IMG/VR virus record: IMGVR_UViG_3300000117_000006
Direction: 5' to 3' (one strand)
From: a virus
Length of the DNA: 34,845 nt
Shown here: positions 1 through 7,007 of the stretch, piece after piece
Numbering within the stretch: position 1 is the stretch's first letter
Layout of the letters: every line of letters starts with the position of its first letter
Made by a program: the position numbers and the translations under genes
Notes under the pieces: generated by a model
Databases searched by the model: none
What the model was told of the DNA's origin: nothing
What the model saw: only the letters and a program-made list of their open reading frames with translations

Positions 1-72
1 AGAAACAGCAGTTTAATTACAAATGCAACCTCTGCGGATAATCCTAATTCAGCCTCATCTAATGATTTAATT
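1..72. repeat. Terminal overlap, left copy; identical to 34774-34845 (circular closure, unit genome 34773 bp)
   Basis: The first 72 nt and last 72 nt are identical base for base. Positions 34774 and 1 are both codon position 1 of the interrupted ORF, so the frame is preserved. Confidence 0.95.
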
Positions 73-843
73 AGTTTTGACAGTAATGGATTTACAGTAG
101 GACCAACACAGCAAATATATTCAAATACTAATGGAGATACTTATGTCGCTTGGTGTTGGAAAGCAGGAGACCACGATGACAACCTCCCACAGATAAACAC
201 AGAGGGTACTATAGATAGTGTTGTATCGGTTAATGATGAAGCAGGGTTTAGTATTGTGAAGTATACTTCAAATGGCAGTTATACATCTTCAGATACTATT
301 GGTCACGGATTAAGTCAGAAACCTGAATTGGTAATATGGAAGCCTTATGAAAGTACTGCTTCGGATTGGTACGTGCAATATGAGCACGTTGATGGGTCTG
401 TAGATTATTTGTTATTAAATGAATCTGATTCTAAAAGAGATTCGGCTTCTACTTATTTATTTCAAAATAATGTTCTTGTAAATTTTGCAGGTGCAAATGG
501 ACAAGATACAATCGCCTACTGCTTCACATCTATAACAGGTTATCAGAAGGTGGGGAGTTATACAGGAGATGGAAATGCAAATAAAGAGATAACAGGATTA
601 GGATTTTCTCCAAGATTTGTGATGATAAAGGATTCTACTCAAGGTGGAAATTGGATAATACACAGTAAGCCACCAACGACTACAAACCCATCCACAACAC
701 ATTTAAGAGCTAATTCAAGTGCAGCAGAAGATCCAGGAACAGGAGAGCAAATAAACTTCGATGCTAACGGATTTACTGTAGTCGGAACGGGTGGAAACGT
801 TAATACAGGTAATGATGTCTACATCTATTTAGCAATAGCATAA
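1..843 (+). CDS. Tail fibre / receptor-binding protein, 3' part of the wrap-around gene that starts at 32230 (modules A' end, B', C')
   Basis: Frame 1 is open from nt 1 to the TAA at 841-843. The ORF-track entry 256..843 is an internal GTG of this frame. The protein continues the module pattern seen at 33652-34773 (SFDSNGFTV, YVAWCW, AGFSIVKY, IGHGLS, SYTGDG, YIYLAIA). Confidence 0.85.
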   Translation, partial: RNSSLITNATSADNPNSASSNDLISFDSNGFTVGPTQQIYSNTNGDTYVAWCWKAGDHDDNLPQINTEGTIDSVVSVNDEAGFSIVKYTSNGSYTSSDTIGHGLSQKPELVIWKPYESTASDWYVQYEHVDGSVDYLLLNESDSKRDSASTYLFQNNVLVNFAGANGQDTIAYCFTSITGYQKVGSYTGDGNANKEITGLGFSPRFVMIKDSTQGGNWIIHSKPPTTTNPSTTHLRANSSAAEDPGTGEQINFDANGFTVVGTGGNVNTGNDVYIYLAIA

Positions 844-846
844 ACA

Positions 847-987
847 ATGGAAGATTTGAAGATATACGGATTCAACGCAATAGCATTAGCAATATCAATA
901 ACAGAGATTAATCCTTATCTTCAGACGATTTCACTTCTGTTGGCAATAGGATATACAATAATATCAATCAGTAAAAAGATAAAATGA
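847..987 (+). CDS. Small hydrophobic protein (46 aa), holin-class candidate
   Basis: ATG 847 lies 4 nt after the fibre stop. There are two hydrophobic stretches (FNAIALAISI, ISLLLAIGYTIISI) and a basic C-terminus KKIK. It has an ATGA overlap with the next gene. It is too short to appear in the ORF track. Confidence 0.4.
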   Translation: MEDLKIYGFNAIALAISITEINPYLQTISLLLAIGYTIISISKKIK

Positions 988-1391
988 ATTTACCAAAAAA
1001 CGGAGTAGCTAAAGAGATACGTCACTATGTAGGGAGTTTATTTATATTCCTATTTGTGATAGGTCTTATAGTAGCTTTAATTCAATTCCCTGTATTAGAT
1101 ACTAACAAGGAGGTTGTAATGATGTTAATAGGTACAATAAGTGCATCTATTGGTATTACAGTAGCAACTATAACAGGGAGTAAACCTGATGATATAAATT
1201 CATTAAAACAAAGTTTAGAAAAGAAAGAGCATCAAATAGAGATGCTTGTAGCAGCTAAAGATAATTTAGAAGGTATGGTTATTGATTTGCAAAAGCAGAT
1301 GTTAGAGAACCAAGACAATATGATGGATAAGATTATATTAAAAGCTGCAATGGATTTTGACGATAAACATAACCCACCTAAAAATAAATAA
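984..1391 (+). CDS. Membrane-anchored coiled-coil protein (135 aa), lysis accessory (i-spanin-like) candidate
   Basis: ORF track. N-terminal hydrophobic segments (LFIFLFVIGLIVALI, MMLIGTISASIGITVATI) are followed by a heptad-like charged region. It lies in the lysis cassette. Confidence 0.45.
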   Translation: MNLPKNGVAKEIRHYVGSLFIFLFVIGLIVALIQFPVLDTNKEVVMMLIGTISASIGITVATITGSKPDDINSLKQSLEKKEHQIEMLVAAKDNLEGMVIDLQKQMLENQDNMMDKIILKAAMDFDDKHNPPKNK

Positions 1392-1393
1392 AA

Positions 1394-1573
1394 ATGGATA
1401 TACTAATTATTATTATTACTATTTTAATGCTACTTACTGCTATACTAATGGCACTAACGGCTAATGGTTTTTTTAATGACAAAGACCAAGATGGCATTCC
1501 TGACCAAATAGAGGAAAAGTTTAACAACCTGAAAGAAGATATTAAAGAAGAAATCAATAAGTTAAAAAAATGA
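1394..1573 (+). CDS. Small N-terminally anchored protein (59 aa) with acidic DKDQDGIPD motif
   Basis: ATG 1394 has an ATGA overlap with the endolysin start at 1570. The hydrophobic N-terminus ILIIIITILMLLTAILMAL is followed by a charged tail. Confidence 0.45.
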   Translation: MDILIIIITILMLLTAILMALTANGFFNDKDQDGIPDQIEEKFNNLKEDIKEEINKLKK

Positions 1574-1923
1574 AGTACTTCAGTATTGAAGAATTTGATT
1601 CCCCCGACCTTCCTAATAGTGGGGTTAATATGGATAGTGAGTTCCTTGCTAAACTTGAAGTCGCAAGAGAATACGCAGGTATCCCCTTTAAGATATCAAG
1701 TGGCTATAGATCGGCAGAGCATAATATCAAGGTTGGGGGAGTTTCAGGGAGCTCCCATACAAAAGGATACGCAGCGGATATTGTCTGTTCCTCTAGCGGT
1801 CAAAGATATACCATTATCAAGGCCTTATTTGATGCAGGATTCAATAGAATCGGTATTGCAAGTTCATTCATCCACGTTGACAACGACCCTGACAAAGCCC
1901 CAGATGTTATCTGGACTTACTAA
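1570..1923 (+). CDS. Endolysin, zinc peptidase M15 family (D-Ala-D-Ala carboxypeptidase / L-Ala-D-Glu peptidase type)
   Basis: The motifs SGYRSAEHN, GGVSGSSHTKGYAADI and FIHVD give the H-x-D ... H metal-ligand pattern typical of M15 cell-wall peptidases. Confidence 0.85.
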   Translation: MKYFSIEEFDSPDLPNSGVNMDSEFLAKLEVAREYAGIPFKISSGYRSAEHNIKVGGVSGSSHTKGYAADIVCSSSGQRYTIIKALFDAGFNRIGIASSFIHVDNDPDKAPDVIWTY

Positions 1924-1941
1924 TACCGTAGGTAATACGTT

Positions 1942-2361
1942 ATGTCTACTCCCAAAAAGAAATTTAAAGATACCAAAGTAGGTCAATTCTTACTCAACAA
2001 GATTCCTGATGTAGTCGGTGCTGTTGCAGGAGATACTTTAGCAGGTAATGTTATACAGGCTATTATAGGTGGTTCTGAAATGAGCGATGCTGATAAAGAG
2101 GTTGCGTTAGAGAAGTTAAAACTGGAAAGAGCGGAAATAGATGGTACAACTAGACGCTGGGTAGCTGACGCTAGATCAGGTTCTTGGTTAGCCTCGAATG
2201 TTCGCCCATTAGTTTTAGTTTTTCTAACTGTTTCTTATGTGGTTGGGTGGTATATGGGATATCCTTTAGATTCAATCACAGGGTTATTATCGATTGTTAT
2301 TGGAGGATATTTTGGATCTAGAGGTGTGGAGAAAGTATTCGGTAATAAACTCCATACATAA
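1942..2361 (+). CDS. Membrane protein (139 aa), holin candidate resembling 3-TM GTA-type holins
   Basis: The soluble N-terminal half is followed by RRWVADARSGSWLASNVRPLVLVFLTVSYVVGWYMGY and a second hydrophobic segment LLSIVIGGYFG. It sits directly after the endolysin. Confidence 0.45.
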   Translation: MSTPKKKFKDTKVGQFLLNKIPDVVGAVAGDTLAGNVIQAIIGGSEMSDADKEVALEKLKLERAEIDGTTRRWVADARSGSWLASNVRPLVLVFLTVSYVVGWYMGYPLDSITGLLSIVIGGYFGSRGVEKVFGNKLHT

Positions 2362-2498
2362 TGGCTAAAGGTAACGTATTTGTATATAGGGAAAAGAAAA
2401 AGGTTAAGCGACCTAACACCCATAGTAAATCTAAATCTAGCAGTCTAAAGTCCTCCAAAAATTATAAGAAAAAATATAGAGGGCAAGGAAGAAATTAA
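2361..2498 (+). CDS. Very basic 45-aa protein ending KKKYRGQGRN
   Basis: It has a TAATG overlap with the preceding stop. It is Lys/Arg/Ser-rich and is the last ORF before a strong terminator. Confidence 0.35.
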   Translation: MAKGNVFVYREKKKVKRPNTHSKSKSSSLKSSKNYKKKYRGQGRN

Positions 2499-2565
2499 CT
2501 ATATTTGCATAAACATTGACTATTCACCATAATTCATTGTTTATTTTTGTTTTAATATTTGCATA

Positions 2566-2594
2566 GGGGGGATTAACATCCCCTCTTTTTTTTT
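2566..2594 (+). terminator. Rho-independent terminator ending the fibre-lysis operon
   Basis: Stem GGGGGGAT / ATCCCCTC, loop TAAC, then a run of nine T. Confidence 0.8.
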
Positions 2595-2622
2595 GTCAGT
2601 TGTAATATAAATGTTATATTTG
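2592..2622 (+). promoter_or_regulatory. Bacteroidota sigma-A type promoter (TTTG ... TATATTTG), extended -33 TTTGTCAGTT
   Basis: TTTG at 2592-2595, 19-nt spacer, TATATTTG at 2615-2622. The ATG of the next gene is only 5 nt further on (2628). Confidence 0.7.
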
Positions 2623-2627
2623 CCTGT

Positions 2628-3179
2628 ATGAAAACAATTAATGATAAGCTGGTGGATATTCAGGGGAGACTGAAAGCACCTAAAAATCAGCGTAACAGCT
2701 TTGGTAATTATAACTATCGGAGCTGTGAGGACATCCTAGAGGCAGTAAAGCCATTACTTACGGAACACAATCTTACAGTAAATTTAACGGATGAGACAAT
2801 TCGGTTAGGGGATTTATATTTTGTACAAGCAACTGCTGTAATTTCAGATGGTGAGAAAACTATCCACGTTAAAGCACAAGCTGGTATAAACCCTAATAAG
2901 AAAGGTATGGATATCGCTCAATCCTTTGGGGCTTCTAGTAGTTATGCTAGAAAGTATGCTCTTAATGGGTTGTTCTTGATTGACGACACTAAAGATGCAG
3001 ATGCAACTAATACTCACGATGCTCCAACAAAACTTGTTGAGGATAACAAGGCTTGGTTGCAGAAAGACTCTGTTCAGTTTAACAATGCTAAAAAAGCAAT
3101 GCAAGAGGGCTTCTCCTTGACTGATATCAGAAAGAAGTATAAAGTAAGTAAAGAAGTAGCTAAATTATTAGAATCTTAA
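2628..3179 (+). CDS. erf: ERF-family single-strand annealing recombinase
   Basis: RLKAPKNQRNSFGNYNYRSCEDILEAVKPLLTEHNLTV and QSFGASSSYARKYALNGLFLIDDTKD match the conserved ERF blocks. Confidence 0.85.
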   Translation: MKTINDKLVDIQGRLKAPKNQRNSFGNYNYRSCEDILEAVKPLLTEHNLTVNLTDETIRLGDLYFVQATAVISDGEKTIHVKAQAGINPNKKGMDIAQSFGASSSYARKYALNGLFLIDDTKDADATNTHDAPTKLVEDNKAWLQKDSVQFNNAKKAMQEGFSLTDIRKKYKVSKEVAKLLES

Positions 3180-3181
3180 TT

Positions 3182-3442
3182 ATGAGTAAAGACAGAAAGT
3201 ATGTCGGTAACGGCAAGAAAGTTGGAAACTACGATATGATTAACATCTCTATTAAAAAGAGCCAGTTAGAAGGTAATTGGTTTGAGTATAAGGGAGAGCA
3301 CTATGTTAAGTTAACCGTAGGTAGTTTGAAAGAAACTGATCAGTATGGGAAAACCCATAGCGTATGGATTAACGATTACAAGCCAGATCCTGCAAAAGCT
3401 AAAGCTGACAGTAATGTTGAAGAGGTAGATTTACCATTCTAA
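3182..3442 (+). CDS. Small SSB-like protein (86 aa) with acidic C-terminal tip EEVDLPF
   Basis: It lies directly after erf. The C-terminus resembles the bacterial SSB tip (D-D-D-I-P-F). The body is short and beta-rich. Confidence 0.45.
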   Translation: MSKDRKYVGNGKKVGNYDMINISIKKSQLEGNWFEYKGEHYVKLTVGSLKETDQYGKTHSVWINDYKPDPAKAKADSNVEEVDLPF

Positions 3443-3450
3443 TTAACCTA

Positions 3451-3480
3451 AAGGGGGGTTCGCAAGTTCCCCCTTTTAAT
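3451..3480 (+). terminator. Rho-independent terminator
   Basis: AAGGGGGG ... CCCCCTTTT hairpin followed by T residues. Confidence 0.65.
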
Positions 3481-3489
3481 TTTATCATT

Positions 3490-3792
3490 ATGAGTAAAAA
3501 GAAGAAAGTTAAATATGTTAATATAGATTTAAAGATGGAAGGACTTACGAATAACGAACTTATGGTTTACTCCCATATAAAATCATTGTGTAGAGGTGTT
3601 AAGCCTTATTGCTTTGCGAGTAGTAATTCATTATCAGAAACGCTAAATGTAAGCGAGAGAACTCTCTATAGAATTCTTAATGATTTGGAGAAGAAAAACT
3701 TAATTAAACGTGAGACTAAAGCATCTGGTAGAGGTCACGGTAAATTTAGAACTATTAGAGTCCTTACAACTGCCAAAACGGCAGATATATAA
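3490..3792 (+). CDS. Winged helix-turn-helix DNA-binding protein (100 aa), candidate origin-binding / replication organiser
   Basis: The SNSLSETLNVSERTLYRILNDLEKKNLIKRE helix-turn-helix-wing pattern. It lies immediately upstream of an iteron-like array and the primase-helicase. Confidence 0.55.
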   Translation: MSKKKKVKYVNIDLKMEGLTNNELMVYSHIKSLCRGVKPYCFASSNSLSETLNVSERTLYRILNDLEKKNLIKRETKASGRGHGKFRTIRVLTTAKTADI

Positions 3793-3885
3793 TAGTAATA
3801 TATTATGTATAGTTATATATAATATTATATATAGTACTATATGCTAAATAAAACTATATGTTAAATAAACTATATGCTTGATAAA
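3793..3885 (+). repeat. Almost pure A/T tract plus three tandem 16-17 bp ACTATATG-N-AATAA repeats (origin-like)
   Basis: 3793-3834 contains very few G/C. The repeats begin at 3836, 3853 and 3869 (ACTATATGCTAAATAAA / ACTATATGTTAAATAA / ACTATATGCTTGATAA). An inverted TATAGTT lies at 3809-3815. Confidence 0.6.
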
Positions 3886-5631
3886 CTAAACGAATATGGT
3901 ATAGTATTACCAGCCACTAACAAGAAAGAAGTCAAGGTAAAATGTCCTAACTGTGTTAAGATAGGAAAGACCCACTACAATGATAAATGTTTGGCTGTAA
4001 ATATTGATAAGGGAGTATTTCTTTGTCATAAATGTGGGTATAAAGGCAATTTAAAACCAAACAGAACAATGGAAGAACAAAAGATTTACAAGCTCCCAAA
4101 TCCAAGTTTACTACAACCAATTAACAAGAAAGGTAAAGAGTTCTTAAATTCTAGAGGTATTACAGATGATGTAATACGAAACAATAGACTTCAAACTACA
4201 AGAAATGGAGATCTAATTGTATTTCCTTACTATCGAGATGGAGAAATAGTAAACTACAAAACAAGAGGTATCGATGGTAAATTCTTTACGCAATCTAAAG
4301 ATGCAGAGCCAATTATATATAACTACGATGGTGTAGTTAACAAGACTCCAATAGTTATCTGTGAGGGGGAGATAGACTCTTTGTCTTGGGAGGTAGCTGG
4401 TGTCCATACCCACACATCTGTTAATATGGGAGCTCCCAATACAGCAGATAAGAACATCTCAAAGAAGTTAGAATGTATTGATAATTGTTATAACGTATTT
4501 GAATCAGCTAAATGTGTATATATAGCAGTTGATAACGATGATAACGGTAGGTATTTAGAAAAAGAACTAATTAGACGTATTGGAGTAGAGAAATGTAAAT
4601 TAGTCGATTTTAGCCCTTTTAAGGATGCTAATGAGGTATTACTCCAAGAAGGTAAAGAAAGTCTCTTAAAACGGCTAGAAATGGCTGAAATGCCTAAAGT
4701 GGAGGGTATCTTTTCGCTAGATGATGTTAGGGAGGATCTTCTAGATGGTTTCCATAACGGTCAAGATATGGGTACAACTACCTATATCCCACAGGTAGAT
4801 GCTGCTTGGACTTGGAGAAATGGTGAGGTTAATGTTTGGACAGGTTATCAGAATGAGGGTAAGAGTTTATTTTTGAATCAATTGTGTGTTATAAAGGCTG
4901 CTAAAGACAATTACAAGTTTGCTATTTTCTCCCCAGAGAATATGCCGATGACTGACTTCTATAATGATTTAATAGAGATGTATATTGGAAAGTCTACTAA
5001 TCCAAAGTACCCTAACCAGATGTCTATAGATGAATTTAAAAAGGGTATGGAATTTACTAAAAAACACTTTTACTTGATATATCCTAATAAGCATTTTTTA
5101 CTAGACACTATATTTGATAGAGCAAAACACCTTGTTAGATCTAGAGGTATCAACAGTTTAATAATAGATCCTTATAACACAGTCCACCATAAGATAATGA
5201 ACGGTGAGAGGGAAGATTTATATATATCACGTTTTATGGCGGAGCTTAAAAGATTCGCTATAGACAACAATGTATCTGTTCATCTAGTAGCCCACCAAGT
5301 TACTCCAAGAAGAGATGATACTGGTAGATATCCAAAACCAGATGTTAACTATGTTAAGGGAGGGAGTGAGTTCGCAAACAAATGTGATAACCTGCTTTAT
5401 GTATGGAGACCTAATAGGGCGATTGACTTTTCAGATAAATCCGTTATCTTTGGTTCACAGAAGATTAAGAAACAGAAATTAGTAGGATATCCGCAGGATG
5501 TAAATAATATTGAATTCAACATAAAGGAACAGCGTTATTACTTTAATAACGTAACCCCTTTAAAGGAAATAGATGAAGAACGAACAAATAAGTTTATCAC
5601 TCCCATTATTCATAACGAATCGGAGCAATAA
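3874..5631 (+). CDS. Bifunctional DNA primase-helicase (T7 gp4-like architecture)
   Basis: Zinc finger CPNC...CHKC, TOPRIM motifs ICEGEIDSLS and DNDDNG, Walker A GYQNEGKS, Walker B-like LIIDPYN. Confidence 0.85.
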   Translation: MLDKLNEYGIVLPATNKKEVKVKCPNCVKIGKTHYNDKCLAVNIDKGVFLCHKCGYKGNLKPNRTMEEQKIYKLPNPSLLQPINKKGKEFLNSRGITDDVIRNNRLQTTRNGDLIVFPYYRDGEIVNYKTRGIDGKFFTQSKDAEPIIYNYDGVVNKTPIVICEGEIDSLSWEVAGVHTHTSVNMGAPNTADKNISKKLECIDNCYNVFESAKCVYIAVDNDDNGRYLEKELIRRIGVEKCKLVDFSPFKDANEVLLQEGKESLLKRLEMAEMPKVEGIFSLDDVREDLLDGFHNGQDMGTTTYIPQVDAAWTWRNGEVNVWTGYQNEGKSLFLNQLCVIKAAKDNYKFAIFSPENMPMTDFYNDLIEMYIGKSTNPKYPNQMSIDEFKKGMEFTKKHFYLIYPNKHFLLDTIFDRAKHLVRSRGINSLIIDPYNTVHHKIMNGEREDLYISRFMAELKRFAIDNNVSVHLVAHQVTPRRDDTGRYPKPDVNYVKGGSEFANKCDNLLYVWRPNRAIDFSDKSVIFGSQKIKKQKLVGYPQDVNNIEFNIKEQRYYFNNVTPLKEIDEERTNKFITPIIHNESEQ

Positions 5632-5962
5632 AAGAAAATGGTTAACTTTAAACAATTATCGTAATTGGCATTACCAAGTTAGTAATGATATTAAACGTAG
5701 ATTTAAAAGTGAAGTATTTGACGAATTGAATTTTACAATCAAGGGTAAGGTAAAGATAGAGTACTTTTACTTTGCTCCTGATAAAAGAACAAGAGACCTA
5801 ATGAATGTAATATCGGTAATAGATAAGTTTTTTCAGGATGCTATGGTTGAGAGAGGCTGTATTGAGTCTGATGATTTATCTACTGTTGTGGAGGTTAATT
5901 CTTGTTATATGGGGATTGATAAACAAGACCCTAGATTAGATGTAATGATAACTAAATTATAA
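5573..5962 (+). CDS. rusA: RusA-family Holliday junction resolvase
   Basis: APDKRTRDLMNV...DAMVERGCIESDD aligns with E. coli RusA PDRRRRDLDNL...LTKAGFWLDDAQV. The N-terminal LNNYRNWHY block is typical. It overlaps the helicase end by 59 nt. Confidence 0.7.
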   Translation: MKNEQISLSLPLFITNRSNKRKWLTLNNYRNWHYQVSNDIKRRFKSEVFDELNFTIKGKVKIEYFYFAPDKRTRDLMNVISVIDKFFQDAMVERGCIESDDLSTVVEVNSCYMGIDKQDPRLDVMITKL

Positions 5963-5963
5963 T

Positions 5964-6113
5964 ATGTATTTACAAATTTTCCCCATTTATGGGTTTAGCG
6001 TAGGGTTTAATTACTGGAATTCTACAATGGATGATATAGAGTCTGATGAGACAGAACATCTGTTTCAATTTTTTATAGGGATAATAGGAATATCATTTCA
6101 CGTTTGGAGGTAA
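5964..6113 (+). CDS. Hypothetical small protein (49 aa), aromatic/hydrophobic
   Basis: ATG 5964 follows the rusA stop by 2 nt, and the ORF ends overlapping the TTG start at 6104. There is no other support. Confidence 0.3.
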   Translation: MYLQIFPIYGFSVGFNYWNSTMDDIESDETEHLFQFFIGIIGISFHVWR

Positions 6114-6652
6114 GAGTAATCGACATATTAGCTGAAAAGCATAACGATTGGATTAATATGGCTAAATCATTTGGAGTCTCTCCAGAGGATGCTAACGAAT
6201 TAGTTCAGCAAATGTATATCAGGATTACAGATTATGTTGGAAACGCTAAAAAGATACTCTATAATGATACCGAAGTAAATACTTATTATGTTTATGTGAC
6301 GCTCCGTAATTTATATTTATCTAAACACCATTCTGGTAAAAAGAATACTATTTATTTGGAGGAGCAAAAGGATATAGATATTATGTTGCTCCCAGAAAGT
6401 GTGGAGGAGCAGAAGAGAAACTTTGATAAGATATTCGATAAAATAGATCGTATAACTGAAGATTGGTATTGGTATGATAAGAAGATATTCAATATACATT
6501 TCTATAATCAAATGAGTATGAGAAAGATATCTAGGGAGACTAAAATAAGTTTAAGTTCAATTTTTAATACATTAAGTAATGGCAAGAAGAAAATCAGAGA
6601 GGGTGCGATTGAAGAATATAGGAAGTACCTTAAATCCAAAACAAAAGACTAA
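6104..6652 (+). CDS. Phage-encoded sigma-70 family (ECF-like) RNA polymerase sigma factor
   Basis: Region-2-like EDANELVQQMYIRI and region-4 HTH-like MSMRKISRETKISLSSIFNTLSNGKKKIRE. The start is TTG 6104; ATG 6158 is an alternative. Confidence 0.6.
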   Translation: MEVRVIDILAEKHNDWINMAKSFGVSPEDANELVQQMYIRITDYVGNAKKILYNDTEVNTYYVYVTLRNLYLSKHHSGKKNTIYLEEQKDIDIMLLPESVEEQKRNFDKIFDKIDRITEDWYWYDKKIFNIHFYNQMSMRKISRETKISLSSIFNTLSNGKKKIREGAIEEYRKYLKSKTKD

Positions 6653-7007
6653 ATCAACAGGTTTAGGGGATACGGTAGAGAAAGTATTCAAAGCTGTAGG
6701 AATAGATAAGGCGGTGAAGTTTATAGCTGGGGAGGACTGTGGGTGCTCGGAGAGACGTGAGATTCTAAACAAGGCTTTTCCTTATCAGAAACCAGAATGT
6801 TTAAATGAGAAGGAATATAACTTCCTATCAAAGTTCTTTGAGACTAGACATCCTCAAATAAAACCAAATGAGCAGGAGGCTCTTCTAGATGTTTACAACA
6901 GGGTGTTTAAAGATAACGCAGAGATGACTTCTTGTGGGAGTTGTTTCTTGAATAATGTATATAAGAAGCTAGAGAGGGTTTATAAAGAGTACGATAATGA
7001 GCGATAG
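6579..7007 (+). CDS. Hypothetical Cys-containing protein (142 aa; GLGDTVEKVFKAVGIDK ... CGCSERRE ... CGSC)
   Basis: ORF track. The start is uncertain, because it overlaps the sigma gene by 74 nt and in-frame GTG 6603 and TTG 6609 are alternatives. Confidence 0.5.
   Translation: MARRKSERVRLKNIGSTLNPKQKTKSTGLGDTVEKVFKAVGIDKAVKFIAGEDCGCSERREILNKAFPYQKPECLNEKEYNFLSKFFETRHPQIKPNEQEALLDVYNRVFKDNAEMTSCGSCFLNNVYKKLERVYKEYDNER

Noticed and set aside
1-72. Interpreting the 72-nt end repeat as a physical direct terminal repeat (T7-like ends)
   Set aside because: The repeat lies inside a coding module of the fibre gene and restores an intact reading frame. That is what an assembly overlap of a circular map looks like. 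Only read-terminus analysis could overturn this.
256-843. ORF-track entry treated as an independent 195-aa gene
   Set aside because: Its M is an internal GTG. The same frame is open back to nt 1 and joins in phase with the ORF running off the right end of the window.
1586-1981. Alternative + frame ORF (131 aa) overlapping the endolysin
   Set aside because: It overlaps almost all of 1570..1923, which carries clear M15 peptidase motifs. The alternative translation has no recognisable features.
2501-2564. Two ATATTTGCAT elements (2503-2512 and 2555-2564) as additional promoters
   Set aside because: They contain the TTTG part of a -7 box but lack a properly spaced TTTG -33 element. They also lie upstream of the terminator at 2566, so they would have nothing to transcribe.
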